DNA of 64,000 bases from an uncultured cyanobacterium (GTDB taxonomy: Bacteria > Cyanobacteriota > Cyanobacteriia > Pseudanabaenales > Pseudanabaenaceae): assembly GCA_963703315.1 (NCBI GenBank), contig OY969811.1:2784001-2848000 (forward strand), read 5' to 3'. Shown one piece after another: positions 29,005 through 38,249 of this stretch. Both the position numbers and the translations under genes were made by a program. The notes below the pieces were generated by a model. The model had not been told where the DNA came from. It did no database searches and worked only from the letters and a program-made list of their open reading frames with translations. The stretch's first letter is position 1. Every line of letters starts with the position of its first letter.

Positions 29005-30966
29005 ATGCCTTCAACCAAAACAGACTTTGAGTTAGATCGTTATGACATTAACGCGATCGCAAACTACTACCGCAACCAACCTTTGCGGGTCTGGTGGCGA
29101 TGCATAGTGATTTTTGTACCATTGATCTGGTTATTTCTCCGACTCCGCCTCAGTGCCAAAGCCTCAGCCCAAGAATTAAAAAAATTAGCGATCGAGTCGC
29201 GTCAGCTATTAACTCGTTTGGGACCTGCTTTTATCAAGATCGGGCAAGCACTTTCAACCCGTCCTGACATCGTGCCGCCAGTCTTCATGGATGAGCTTGC
29301 GGAGTTGCAGGATCAATTACCCCCATTTCCTAACGAAATTGCTTTTCAGTTTATTCGTGAGGCTCTAGGGGCTAATCCATCGGAAGTTTATGCAGAAATA
29401 TCCGACAATCCGATCGCCGCCGCCTCATTGGGACAGGTCTATAAAGGTAGGTTAAAAACAGGTGAACTCGTGGCGATTAAAGTACAGCGCCCCGACATTG
29501 CCGCAGGGATTGCCCTTGATATGTATATCTTGCGAGGCATTGCTACGTGGTTAAAGAAGACTTTCAAATTTGTGCGTACGAACTTAGCGGCAATCCTTGA
29601 TGAATTTGCGAGTCGCATTTTTGAAGAAATGGACTATACCTTTGAGGGGAAGAACGCTGAAAAATTTGCTAAGTACTATGGAGAACTAGAAGGAATATAC
29701 GTTCCTAAAATCTATTGGCAATACACCGCTAAACGGGTGCTAACAATGGAATGGATTGAAGGAATTAAGCTCACCAATGTAGAAAAAGTCAAGGCAGCAG
29801 GTTTTGATAGTCGCCATGTGATTGAAGTTGGTGTGCAATGCTCTTTACGTCAGTTACTCGACTATGGATATTTTCACGCTGATCCTCATCCCGGAAATTT
29901 GTTGGTAATGGGTGATGGCAGATTGGCTTATCTAGATTTTGGGATGATGAGTGAAGTTTCTGCCGATCAACGGTTTGGACTGATTGAGGCGATCGTGCAT
30001 TTAGTCAATCGTGATTTTGCGGCGCTTTCTAAGGACTATGTACGTTTAGGCTTTTTAACGGAAGATATCGATTTTAGTGCGATCGTCCCTGCGCTATCGG
30101 AAGTATTTAATCCACCTGAAGGTCAGAGCTTGACCCAAATGGATTTCAAGGACATGACCGATCAGCTTTCGCAGATCATGTATGACTATCCATTTCAAGT
30201 TCCTGCTTACTATGCACTGATCATCCGATCGCTAGTCACCTTAGAAGGAATCGCCTTTAGTGTCGATCCTAACTTCAAGGTCTTAGCAGTTGCCTATCCT
30301 TATGTAGCCAATCGCTTATTGAATGATTCGGCACCTGAACTGAGAATGGCTCTCAAGGATTTACTGTTCCGTGATGGTGAATTTCGTTGGAATCGTCTAG
30401 AGAATCTCTTGAGTAATGCTCAGACAAATCCTGACTATAACTTAAATGGAACCTTAGATAAAGGAATCGATTTTCTATTGTCCGATCGCAGCGAATTTAT
30501 GCACGATCGCATCATTGATGAGATTGTCAAAGGGATTGAGGTTGAGGCGAGTAAGCGTTTACCTGATAACCTCCGCACTTCTCTAGTCGGTGATATTGTG
30601 GTTGATCCTCAAGTCAAAGATACTATTGCTAAAACGGAAACTCCATCAAGTTTGAGCTATATCGCTAGGATCTGGACAATTTTACAAAAAGATCAAGCGA
30701 TCGCCCCAATAGATATTTTGCCTCTAGCTACGCGCATTCTCAGCAAGCGTCAGACCCTCACCTTTGGGCGCGATGTTATTTCTAAGCTGGCGCAGCGATC
30801 GCTAGTCAGAGCCGTACGTGGGGTCTTACTTCGCGATGAAAATAAATACCAAAATGATAAGCAACAAAATCTCGTCAACAATCAAAATCTGGCAGGCGAA
30901 GAGAGAGAGCTAGTTGGTGCTAATACTTCTGGTTTAAGGCGATCGGTCAACGGACGCAGTTGGTAA
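29005..30966 (+). CDS. AarF/ABC1/UbiB family atypical kinase
   Basis: LGPAFIKIGQALSTRPD, AAASLGQVY, VAIKVQRP, FHADPHPGN, LDFGMM. Confidence 0.95.
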   Translation: MPSTKTDFELDRYDINAIANYYRNQPLRVWWRCIVIFVPLIWLFLRLRLSAKASAQELKKLAIESRQLLTRLGPAFIKIGQALSTRPDIVPPVFMDELAELQDQLPPFPNEIAFQFIREALGANPSEVYAEISDNPIAAASLGQVYKGRLKTGELVAIKVQRPDIAAGIALDMYILRGIATWLKKTFKFVRTNLAAILDEFASRIFEEMDYTFEGKNAEKFAKYYGELEGIYVPKIYWQYTAKRVLTMEWIEGIKLTNVEKVKAAGFDSRHVIEVGVQCSLRQLLDYGYFHADPHPGNLLVMGDGRLAYLDFGMMSEVSADQRFGLIEAIVHLVNRDFAALSKDYVRLGFLTEDIDFSAIVPALSEVFNPPEGQSLTQMDFKDMTDQLSQIMYDYPFQVPAYYALIIRSLVTLEGIAFSVDPNFKVLAVAYPYVANRLLNDSAPELRMALKDLLFRDGEFRWNRLENLLSNAQTNPDYNLNGTLDKGIDFLLSDRSEFMHDRIIDEIVKGIEVEASKRLPDNLRTSLVGDIVVDPQVKDTIAKTETPSSLSYIARIWTILQKDQAIAPIDILPLATRILSKRQTLTFGRDVISKLAQRSLVRAVRGVLLRDENKYQNDKQQNLVNNQNLAGEERELVGANTSGLRRSVNGRSW

Positions 30967-30970
30967 ATTC

Positions 30971-31017
30971 CAAGTAAAAAGAGAGGCGGTGCAAAGCACC
31001 GCCTCTCTTTTTACTTG
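30971..31017 (+). terminator. Hairpin terminator / REP-like palindrome
   Basis: caagtaaaaagagaggcggtgc-aaa-gcaccgcctctctttttacttg, immediately after the stop codon. Confidence 0.8.
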
Positions 31018-31121
31018 CTTCAGCAAAATTGCTGAGAACTAAATTTTTGTTAATTCTTAACTTGTGTAACTAGACTTTAGTCCATAAAATAAAATTGATC
31101 ATGTGAGGATTGTAAAAGTTT

Positions 31122-32969
31122 ATGCTTAGACTCAAATCTAAAGGTTCGATCAATTTAGTAGCGCTTACCGCCACAACACTCGCTTCCACCCTGATATCTA
31201 GTGCCTTAAGCACCAATCAAGCTCAAGCGGAAACTCAAAAGAATTCAGCGATCGCTACTAATGAATCTGAACTAGTCAGATCTATTGGCAATGATCCAAT
31301 GATCGCCCCACAGACATCTGAGACATTTCAAGAAACAGTTAGCCCCAAGACTGACTCACAGATTATTCGGGCGATCAATACTGAATTACCACAATCTACA
31401 TCACCTAAAAGCCAAAATTCTACAACCGAAAATCTTACTGCTCAAGGCGTTACCTCAGTCTCCCAACTCAGTGATGTCAAACCCACCGACTGGGCATTTA
31501 CCGCATTGCAATCCCTAGTTGAACGCTATGGCTGTATTGCAGGCTATCCTGATCGCACCTATCGTGGTAGACAGGCTACTAGCCGTTACGAATTTGCCGC
31601 AGGTCTCAATGCTTGCCTAGACAAAATCAACGAAATCATCTCCGCAGGACTTGCCGATAAAGTTAGCAAAGAAGACCTTGCTACATTACAAAAACTACAG
31701 GAAGAATTTGCCGCAGAACTTGCCACCTTACGCGGTCGTGTTGATGCGCTTGAGGCAAAAACTGCCAAACTCGAAGCCCAACAGTTCTCGACCACAACCA
31801 AGCTGTATGGTCAAGCAATTTTTGGCTTACAAAGCCGTTTTGCCAATACAGGCAACCTGACCCCTAGAAACGGCACACGCAACACCGTTGATGATGCGAC
31901 TAACCTCACCTTCGGCTATAACTTGCAATTGAGCTTAGTTACCCAATTCGACAACCGTAGCCTTTTGCTAACGGGCTTGCAAGCAGGTAATGCCACTACA
32001 GCTTCTAACACATTTGTTAACAACAACTTCCTGACCAATACCTATACTCGCCTCGGCTATGAGCTTGATACAGCCAACTCACTCCAACTGAGTGACTTGT
32101 CCTATCGCCACTTAGTCGGCGACAACTTTGCGATCATTGTTGGTGCAGCAGGTATTAGTCCAGCCAGCGTATTTCGTGGTCCTAACCGCTATGAAAGTGC
32201 TGGTCAAGGTCCCCTCTCAGCCTTTGCCCAACGCAACCCAATCTTAAATTTCGCAGGACAAGCAGGGGTTGGATTTGACTGGCAAATCAGCGATAACATT
32301 AGCTTGCAGGCTGTTTACACCGCAGCCTTAGCCTCTGATCCTCAAAATGGATTAACGGGAGGACCTTTTACCGCAGGTGCTCAACTTGCAATTACCCCTA
32401 CCGACAGCATTGACCTCGCACTTTATTACCTCAATTCCTATACCACCAATTCCAGTCTGAATACAGGCATTGGCGATAACTTGCTTGGTCCGATCGCAGG
32501 ACGTTTCTCGACTAATGCCTTTGGCGGTACGGTGTCATGGCGCATCTCTCCCCAAATCACCTTTGGTGGATGGGCTGGTTATACCTCCTCTGATGCTAAA
32601 GATGCGGGTATTGGTGGCACTGTCACCACATTTAACTGGATGGCATTCTTAAACTTCCCTGATTTGTTTGCTGAAGGTAACTTGGGTGGCATCTATGTTG
32701 GTCAGCCTCCTAAGATCACCAGTAGCAATCTCACCTCAGGTGGTGTTCCTGCCTTTAACATTCCCAGTGCGATCGGTTTACCTGGAGTTACATCAGGTGA
32801 CTTTGGCGGACAACCTGCTAGCACAACTCATCTGGAGTTATTCTATCGGATGCGTATAAGTGACAACATCAGCATTACCCCAGGACTGTTGTTTATCTTC
32901 AATCCTGTCCAGACTGCGGGCAGCGATACGATCACCGTTGGCGCTATCCGTACAACTTTCACATTCTAA
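31122..32969 (+). CDS. SLH-domain outer-membrane porin (iron-uptake porin/OprB family)
   Basis: SVSQLSDVKPTDWAF, LVERYGCIAGYPD, QFSTTTKL, terminal RTTFTF. Confidence 0.95.
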   Translation: MLRLKSKGSINLVALTATTLASTLISSALSTNQAQAETQKNSAIATNESELVRSIGNDPMIAPQTSETFQETVSPKTDSQIIRAINTELPQSTSPKSQNSTTENLTAQGVTSVSQLSDVKPTDWAFTALQSLVERYGCIAGYPDRTYRGRQATSRYEFAAGLNACLDKINEIISAGLADKVSKEDLATLQKLQEEFAAELATLRGRVDALEAKTAKLEAQQFSTTTKLYGQAIFGLQSRFANTGNLTPRNGTRNTVDDATNLTFGYNLQLSLVTQFDNRSLLLTGLQAGNATTASNTFVNNNFLTNTYTRLGYELDTANSLQLSDLSYRHLVGDNFAIIVGAAGISPASVFRGPNRYESAGQGPLSAFAQRNPILNFAGQAGVGFDWQISDNISLQAVYTAALASDPQNGLTGGPFTAGAQLAITPTDSIDLALYYLNSYTTNSSLNTGIGDNLLGPIAGRFSTNAFGGTVSWRISPQITFGGWAGYTSSDAKDAGIGGTVTTFNWMAFLNFPDLFAEGNLGGIYVGQPPKITSSNLTSGGVPAFNIPSAIGLPGVTSGDFGGQPASTTHLELFYRMRISDNISITPGLLFIFNPVQTAGSDTITVGAIRTTFTF

Positions 32970-33008
32970 GTAACATCTATAGTGTCATGCCAAGCATGAC
33001 ACTTACCC

Positions 33009-33045
33009 AACAAAGGATGTAGTGCTTTGCACCACATCCTTTGTT
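33009..33045 (+). terminator. Hairpin terminator after the porin gene
   Basis: aacaaaggatgtagtgc-ttt-gcaccacatcctttgtt, preceded by a second hairpin at 32981-33003. Confidence 0.7.
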
Positions 33046-33260
33046 TTACGAAAACTAAAAAACTTTTTTAGTTTTTAAGAAAATATTTTAAAAATTTAGG
33101 GAACCATACTTATAGGCTAGCCGTCTAGCATGAAATAAGAGCTGATTGGGAACTAAATCCGAGCTACTCACGTCCTAGTCGGACTTTTTGATAATTAAAG
33201 CCTCAGTTTCAGCATTAATCAAGTAATCACTAAAAAATACAATCAAGAGGGACAGGAACA

Positions 33261-34700
33261 ATGCTAACTAAAATCAAAAACTACACGTTCAATTTGGGGG
33301 CGATCGCCCTTACCTTAACCGCATCAGCGATCGCGGCAAGTCCATCCCTTGCTCAAACCACTTCAGTACCAATCACAGGGGGGGCTTTTTCAGTCAATGT
33401 GACGAGTGCAGGGGCAGTTACCAATCCTACTGGCGCAGGCATTACCGTCTTAACTCCAGTTGGTACAGCGCAAATTACTGGTCTTACTGGAACCACCGCT
33501 ACAACCACAGCGCTGACAGCAAATGGAGCCTTTGATATTCAAGGTACTTCTACAAAAGGTTCTGTTAATTTTGATGATGGCAGAACTGCAAACTTCACCG
33601 ATGCTAAAAGCACCATTAAGGGTGAAATTTCTACAGTTAATGGAACCACACCTGTCGGTAGTTCAACCGTTTCCGCTTTAACTTCATCGACAACAGTAAC
33701 AGGTTTAATTAAGACAGGTTCTTCGATTGATGTACCGACATCAAGCATTTCTGCTTTACCAGCCGATAAAATTATTGTTCCTATTACAGGTGGTACATTT
33801 GATGTCATCCGTTTTAACAGCACATCAGTTGTCAATGTTAATCCGACAACAGTGCTTACTCCCTATGGCACGGCGCAACTGACTAAGTTTGAATATGCCA
33901 CACTTGACAACTTGAATGGCAAAAGTATCTTTGCTGTTGACGATCAAGTGCATGGCACAGTTACCGCTTCTGGTTCTATTCCTGGAAAAGTTAACACCTT
34001 TACTGATGCAAAGGGTGGTGTTGTTGGTACTGTCACAACTACTTCTGTCAATACTAATGCTTCCGTCAACTTGAAAGGCAATATCACTAGTGGAAATCTA
34101 GTTGTTCCTGCTTCTGCTGCGCCCACTTTACCAACTAATCCAAACAGTGAATCAGTTCTCATTATAGTCAACAATCCTAAGTTGTTGAAGTTAGTTGGTC
34201 TGAGTCCTAAATTCTTGGCTCCTGGTAAATCCAAATTCCTGCTTCTGCTTGTCAACAATGACAGCTTACTGAAATATGTAGAATCTAAGTCTTCAGAAAT
34301 TGAATCTAGCGATCTAACAACTCTAGGTACTAGCAATGCTGTAGACAAGCTTGTTTTTGTCAATTTCGGTAAGAAGAATGCCTACTATTTCAGTGAGGTT
34401 TCTTTCCAATCTCTACTGTCTAATAACACCTCAAACAACACATCCAACAACACATCCAACAACACATCCAACAACACATCCAACAACACATCCAACAATA
34501 CTTCTACGAACACCTCTAATAACACATCCAACAACACTTCTACGAACACATCCAACAACACTTCTACGAACACATCCAACAATACCTCTATCAATACCTC
34601 CAATCAAATTGTGAGGGTTGTTTTTGTTGGGTTACCTAGTCGCTTGATTCCCAACTTTGGAAGAGTTGTCAAGTATGAGCGCCGTGGTAAAGACGACTAA
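33261..34700 (+). CDS. Secreted Thr/Ser/Gly-rich protein with duplicated beta domain and SNNT tandem repeat
   Basis: Signal peptide ending SLA-Q, internal repeat VPITGG.F...TVLTP.GTAQ...FTDAK, and about 15 SNNT units. Confidence 0.8.
   Translation: MLTKIKNYTFNLGAIALTLTASAIAASPSLAQTTSVPITGGAFSVNVTSAGAVTNPTGAGITVLTPVGTAQITGLTGTTATTTALTANGAFDIQGTSTKGSVNFDDGRTANFTDAKSTIKGEISTVNGTTPVGSSTVSALTSSTTVTGLIKTGSSIDVPTSSISALPADKIIVPITGGTFDVIRFNSTSVVNVNPTTVLTPYGTAQLTKFEYATLDNLNGKSIFAVDDQVHGTVTASGSIPGKVNTFTDAKGGVVGTVTTTSVNTNASVNLKGNITSGNLVVPASAAPTLPTNPNSESVLIIVNNPKLLKLVGLSPKFLAPGKSKFLLLLVNNDSLLKYVESKSSEIESSDLTTLGTSNAVDKLVFVNFGKKNAYYFSEVSFQSLLSNNTSNNTSNNTSNNTSNNTSNNTSNNTSTNTSNNTSNNTSTNTSNNTSTNTSNNTSINTSNQIVRVVFVGLPSRLIPNFGRVVKYERRGKDD
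34419..34603 (+). repeat. 12-bp coding tandem repeat (tccaacaacaca; S-N-N-T)
   Basis: Directly visible, about 15 units with STNT/SINT variants. Confidence 0.95.
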
Positions 34701-34746
34701 CGTCAAGACATCACTCTCGAAAGATAAGCAATTAAAACTTGCCTAA

Positions 34747-34820
34747 ATCAAAAAAGTAAAAGCCTCGCAGTGCGAGGCTTTTACTTTTTTGATAGCGCGG
34801 CGAAGCCGCGCTATCAAAAA
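34747..34820. terminator. Two overlapping hairpins between convergent genes (bidirectional terminator)
   Basis: atcaaaaaagtaaaagcctcgc-agt-gcgaggcttttacttttttgat and ttttgatagcgcggc-gaa-gccgcgctatcaaaa. Confidence 0.8.
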
Positions 34821-34832
34821 TCGGTTCTTTTT

Positions 34833-36071
34833 TTAGTTAAGAAACGTAAACTTACCGCTATTACCGTCAGCTTCCATTTTGATTTGAGCTACATAAAATT
34901 GCTTCTGGACAATTTCACCTTCGGGAGTAAAAGAAATCTCACCGATAGGAGTTTCGTATTTACCAGTGAGCAGAGTGTCATTAAGCTGGGTGCGAAGTTG
35001 AGGCAATGCCAGAGTACCGACTTTGGTGGTTTTATCAAGCGTACGAAGAGCTTCGACAAATACTTGTACACCTGTAAAAGCTTGAGCGCTAAACTGAGGT
35101 GGTTCTTTTTTGTTCTGCTCAGTATAGAGTTTGCGGAACTCAGTATTAATCGGATTCTTGAGTTCAGGACTGTAGGCTTGAGCGATGATGATGCCATCAC
35201 AGAGAGCTTTGCATACGGGTAACAGATTAGAAGTATTTAAACCATTTCCGCCGATAATCAGTCCCTTATAACCAAGCTCACGCAACTGTTTGACGAGGTT
35301 GCCACCATCAGCCGACAAGCCTGAGATAATCACCAGATCAGGTTTCACATTAATAGCGTTGGTTACTTGAGATTGGAAATCTGTATCTGTAGTTTGGAAC
35401 GTCTGCACTGTGGCAAGTTCTAACCCTTTTTGCTTGACAGTCTCTTGAAAAGTGCCTGTTTCTGACTTGTTAAAAGCATCATTTTGAGCATAGAAGACTG
35501 CAACTTTCTTAATCTGAGGATTGATTTTTAGTGCTGCATCGATCGCATTGGGAGCAACTACCGCGACAGGAGCCGATACTCGCGCAATGTATTTACCAAT
35601 TTGAGGAATCCCTTTAGCCGTATTTGAGGCGGCAATCACGGGGACACCTGCACGCTCAGCGATCGGATCAGCCCCAAAGGCTTGCTGTGAAAGAGTGGGA
35701 CCAACAATACCAACAACTTTATCTTGAGAAATGAGGGTGTTAAAAGCGTTGATCGCGCCCTGTTCATCACCTGCGGTATCTTGGAAAACCAGACGAATTG
35801 GTGTGCCATTAACGCCACCAAGCTTGTTGAAATAAGCTTCAGCAATTTTTGCCCCTGCTACTCCCTCTTGCCCCAATAGAGCCACATTGCTAGTTTGAGC
35901 AAACGCAATACCGATGGGGATTGCGGTTTGATTACTGCCTGTGGTGGGAGCAGCAGTATTGGTGTTAGGAGTAGTAGGAGTATTGCTGGTTGGTGTGCAA
36001 GCTACAGCTAGGACACAAGCCATAAAAGCCGCGATCGCATAGCCAAATAGATTTTTTATAGTTTTTTGCAT
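34833..36071 (-). CDS. Branched-chain/neutral amino acid ABC transporter substrate-binding lipoprotein
   Basis: Lipobox LAVAC, GGVNGTPI, VGIVGPTLS, LRELGY (LivJ/K-type periplasmic binding protein). Confidence 0.9.
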   Translation of the reverse strand: MQKTIKNLFGYAIAAFMACVLAVACTPTSNTPTTPNTNTAAPTTGSNQTAIPIGIAFAQTSNVALLGQEGVAGAKIAEAYFNKLGGVNGTPIRLVFQDTAGDEQGAINAFNTLISQDKVVGIVGPTLSQQAFGADPIAERAGVPVIAASNTAKGIPQIGKYIARVSAPVAVVAPNAIDAALKINPQIKKVAVFYAQNDAFNKSETGTFQETVKQKGLELATVQTFQTTDTDFQSQVTNAINVKPDLVIISGLSADGGNLVKQLRELGYKGLIIGGNGLNTSNLLPVCKALCDGIIIAQAYSPELKNPINTEFRKLYTEQNKKEPPQFSAQAFTGVQVFVEALRTLDKTTKVGTLALPQLRTQLNDTLLTGKYETPIGEISFTPEGEIVQKQFYVAQIKMEADGNSGKFTFLN

Positions 36072-36165
36072 AGACTAATGAGCCTTAAATAAAAATCGCT
36101 AAATTGATCTATAGTTTCTAGCACTTATAACTACAGTCAATCAAGATTTACATGATAATTAATGC

Positions 36166-37638
36166 TTATAAACTACTTTGACGACAAATCTCTAAACGAT
36201 AAAGAACTGGATCTACTAAATTAAATCCTTCCCAAAAAAATAAACTCGGTAAATGTCCACGCGGTGCGGCGATCGCAAAGGTAAGATTTTCATATTTGCG
36301 CCAGACTTTTGGTGAGAAGCCTAAATTTAACCAACGGGGTTTGCGCCAACCGACGCGATCGCTAAACTTCTCATAAATACTTGCAAATTCCCAATAGGTA
36401 GATTCTTCATACATCAATCTACCGCCCAGCCCTTTCCAGATTTGTTGTTGAGCGCTCCAACCAAAACGATGATTACTATTTTGCATCCATGCTTGATCGA
36501 TCGCAATCCAGACATCACAGGGAATTTGATTTATATCTTCAGTGGTTAATTTTGAGATTTTATTTTTATTGGCAAGTTCCAAAATAATTTGATTTGTTAG
36601 GCGATCGCCTTCTTGCCATTGACCAAAACTAAGGACTTCTTGTAATTTTAAAATTTGAGAAGATTGAATTTCACTTACGGTAACAGAGCGAATTTCTAAA
36701 TTAGTCCCTACACTCTTGGCTAAATTAGAAGTTTGCAAGTCACGTAATACTTCATTTGCTGAACGGTAACGATTAATAATTGCTCGCTCTAAAAGATGAT
36801 CGAGAATCCTCGCTAAATGACTAGAAATAGAAGTTGGCAGCTTTTCTCGCCAAATCCAGCGATCGCAAACATCGTCATACAGATCAAAGGGCGAAATCCC
36901 CGTTAATAAATGGATACAAGTCACGCCTAAACTATAAAGATCACTTTGAGGAACTGCTTTGCCACGCGATTGTTCAGGAGCAATATACTCAGCACTTCCG
37001 ATTAGTGTTCCTGTGCGATTGGCAGTATTAGTAGTAAAGGCTTTAGCCGCTCCAAAATCGACTAGAACAAGATTACCCTCACCCCTAGCCCCTCTCCCGT
37101 AGGAGAGAGGAGTAAGATTATTTTTGCGTCGGATAATGTTGTCTGGCTTAATATCTCGATGAATAACTTGGCGATCGTGGATGAACTGAAGCACGGGCAA
37201 AATATCTTCCAATAATTGATAAATTTGAGCTTCATTAAAGATTCCATTTCGCTGCAATTCGTTATAGAGATTCTCACCTTCAATTAGTTCTTGTACTAAA
37301 TATAAACATCTTTCTTCTTCAAAATAGGCAATCAATTCAGGAATCTGGGGGTGTGAACCAAGTTCTTTGAGTTGGGCTGCTTCGCTTTCAAATAAGGCGA
37401 TCGCCTTTACCATTAACTCAGGTTCGCGAAATTGTGGCAAAAACTGCTTAATCGCGCAGGGTTGTCCTAATCGTCCCAAATCTCGCGCTTGGAAAGTCCG
37501 TCCCATTCCTCCCTGTCCAATTAAAGCGATCGCCTCATACAAGCCCTTAAGCTGCAAATTACGACCGCAATTCATGCAAAATCGGCATCCTTCAGGATTG
37601 TTCGGCTTCTGACAGCTAGGGTTGAGGCAGTAGGGCAT
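36166..37638 (-). CDS. Ser/Thr kinase with N-terminal 4-Cys zinc ribbon and C-terminal GUN4-like domain
   Basis: MPYCLNPSC..FCMNCG, HRDIKPDN, DFG, YIAPEQ. GUN4-like W..GD..T...IDQAW..S..RFGWS.Q...GHLP. Confidence 0.92.
   Translation of the reverse strand: MPYCLNPSCQKPNNPEGCRFCMNCGRNLQLKGLYEAIALIGQGGMGRTFQARDLGRLGQPCAIKQFLPQFREPELMVKAIALFESEAAQLKELGSHPQIPELIAYFEEERCLYLVQELIEGENLYNELQRNGIFNEAQIYQLLEDILPVLQFIHDRQVIHRDIKPDNIIRRKNNLTPLSYGRGARGEGNLVLVDFGAAKAFTTNTANRTGTLIGSAEYIAPEQSRGKAVPQSDLYSLGVTCIHLLTGISPFDLYDDVCDRWIWREKLPTSISSHLARILDHLLERAIINRYRSANEVLRDLQTSNLAKSVGTNLEIRSVTVSEIQSSQILKLQEVLSFGQWQEGDRLTNQIILELANKNKISKLTTEDINQIPCDVWIAIDQAWMQNSNHRFGWSAQQQIWKGLGGRLMYEESTYWEFASIYEKFSDRVGWRKPRWLNLGFSPKVWRKYENLTFAIAAPRGHLPSLFFWEGFNLVDPVLYRLEICRQSSL
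37076..37113 (+). mobile_element. 38-bp dispersed repeat inserted in-frame in the kinase gene, with a 7-bp target-site duplication (aagatta)
   Basis: ccctcacccctagcccctctcccgtaggagagaggagt is flanked by aagatta at 37069-37075 and 37114-37120. A second copy lies at 53833-53866. Confidence 0.85.
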
Positions 37639-37653
37639 ATTTCTGACGATAGA

Positions 37654-37671
37654 TTTACATTTGTTTACATT
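37654..37671 (+). promoter_or_regulatory. HLR1 (RpaB-binding) element
   Basis: TTTACATT-TG-TTTACATT is a perfect (G/T)TTACA(T/A)(T/A)-N2 direct repeat, 50 nt upstream of an hli gene. Confidence 0.8.
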
Positions 37672-37720
37672 AAATGTAAAGTTTAGTGAAGCAATCTAAA
37701 AGTTCTGTAGGAAATTAATC

Positions 37721-38032
37721 ATGGTAAGCACACCAACTAAGACAAACGATAACGATACTTCTAAAGCAGTTAACAAAACTGTTGGTATTAATGTAAATCC
37801 TACAGGGGCAGGCACATTTGGCTTTAGTAACTTTGCCGAAACTTGGAATGGTCGTCTAGCGATGATCGGTTTGGTCGCTGGTTTTGCCAATGAAGTTTTG
37901 ACAGGTAAGGGCATTCTCGCTCAAGTTGGCATTACAGGCGGTGTCAGCGTTTTGTTTACACTATTTTTTACTGGTTTCACGGTAGCAACTCTCCTCGGCT
38001 ACTATGCCGTCAAAGCAACTAAAGACGCATAG
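37721..38032 (+). CDS. hli: High-light inducible (CAB/ELIP/HLIP) protein with extra C-terminal hydrophobic helix
   Basis: FGFSNFAETWNGRLAMIG...E.LTGKG. Confidence 0.9.
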   Translation: MVSTPTKTNDNDTSKAVNKTVGINVNPTGAGTFGFSNFAETWNGRLAMIGLVAGFANEVLTGKGILAQVGITGGVSVLFTLFFTGFTVATLLGYYAVKATKDA

Positions 38033-38063
38033 TACGCTATTTTTATAAAACTGTTCTTCTTAC

Positions 38064-38100
38064 AAAAGAAAGGCAACACTTTTATGTTGCCTTTCTTTTT
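38064..38100 (+). terminator. Rho-independent terminator
   Basis: aaaagaaaggcaaca-ctttta-tgttgcctttcttttt. Confidence 0.75.
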
Positions 38101-38249
38101 TGTATGTTGAGATTTTTTACTAAAGTTATAACGCTTATAAGATTAAATTTAACAGCTATTTCATTTAGTAATGGTTAGTAATCTGCCAATCTCAAAAAAT
38201 AGATGTCACGCATGATAATAGGAGTTAATAAAAACATAGTACTGCTTAA

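Noticed and set aside
34419..34603. Tandem repeat considered as CRISPR or ncRNA; alternative-frame ORFs 34351-34614 (THPT) and 34385-34603 (VLLD)
   Set aside because: It is a 12-bp unit with no spacers, in frame within a signal-peptide protein. The other ORFs are shadows of the repeat.
36121..36134. Possible NtcA site upstream of the amino-acid binding protein gene
   Set aside because: One half-site is mismatched (GTA-N8-TGC), which is too weak to call.
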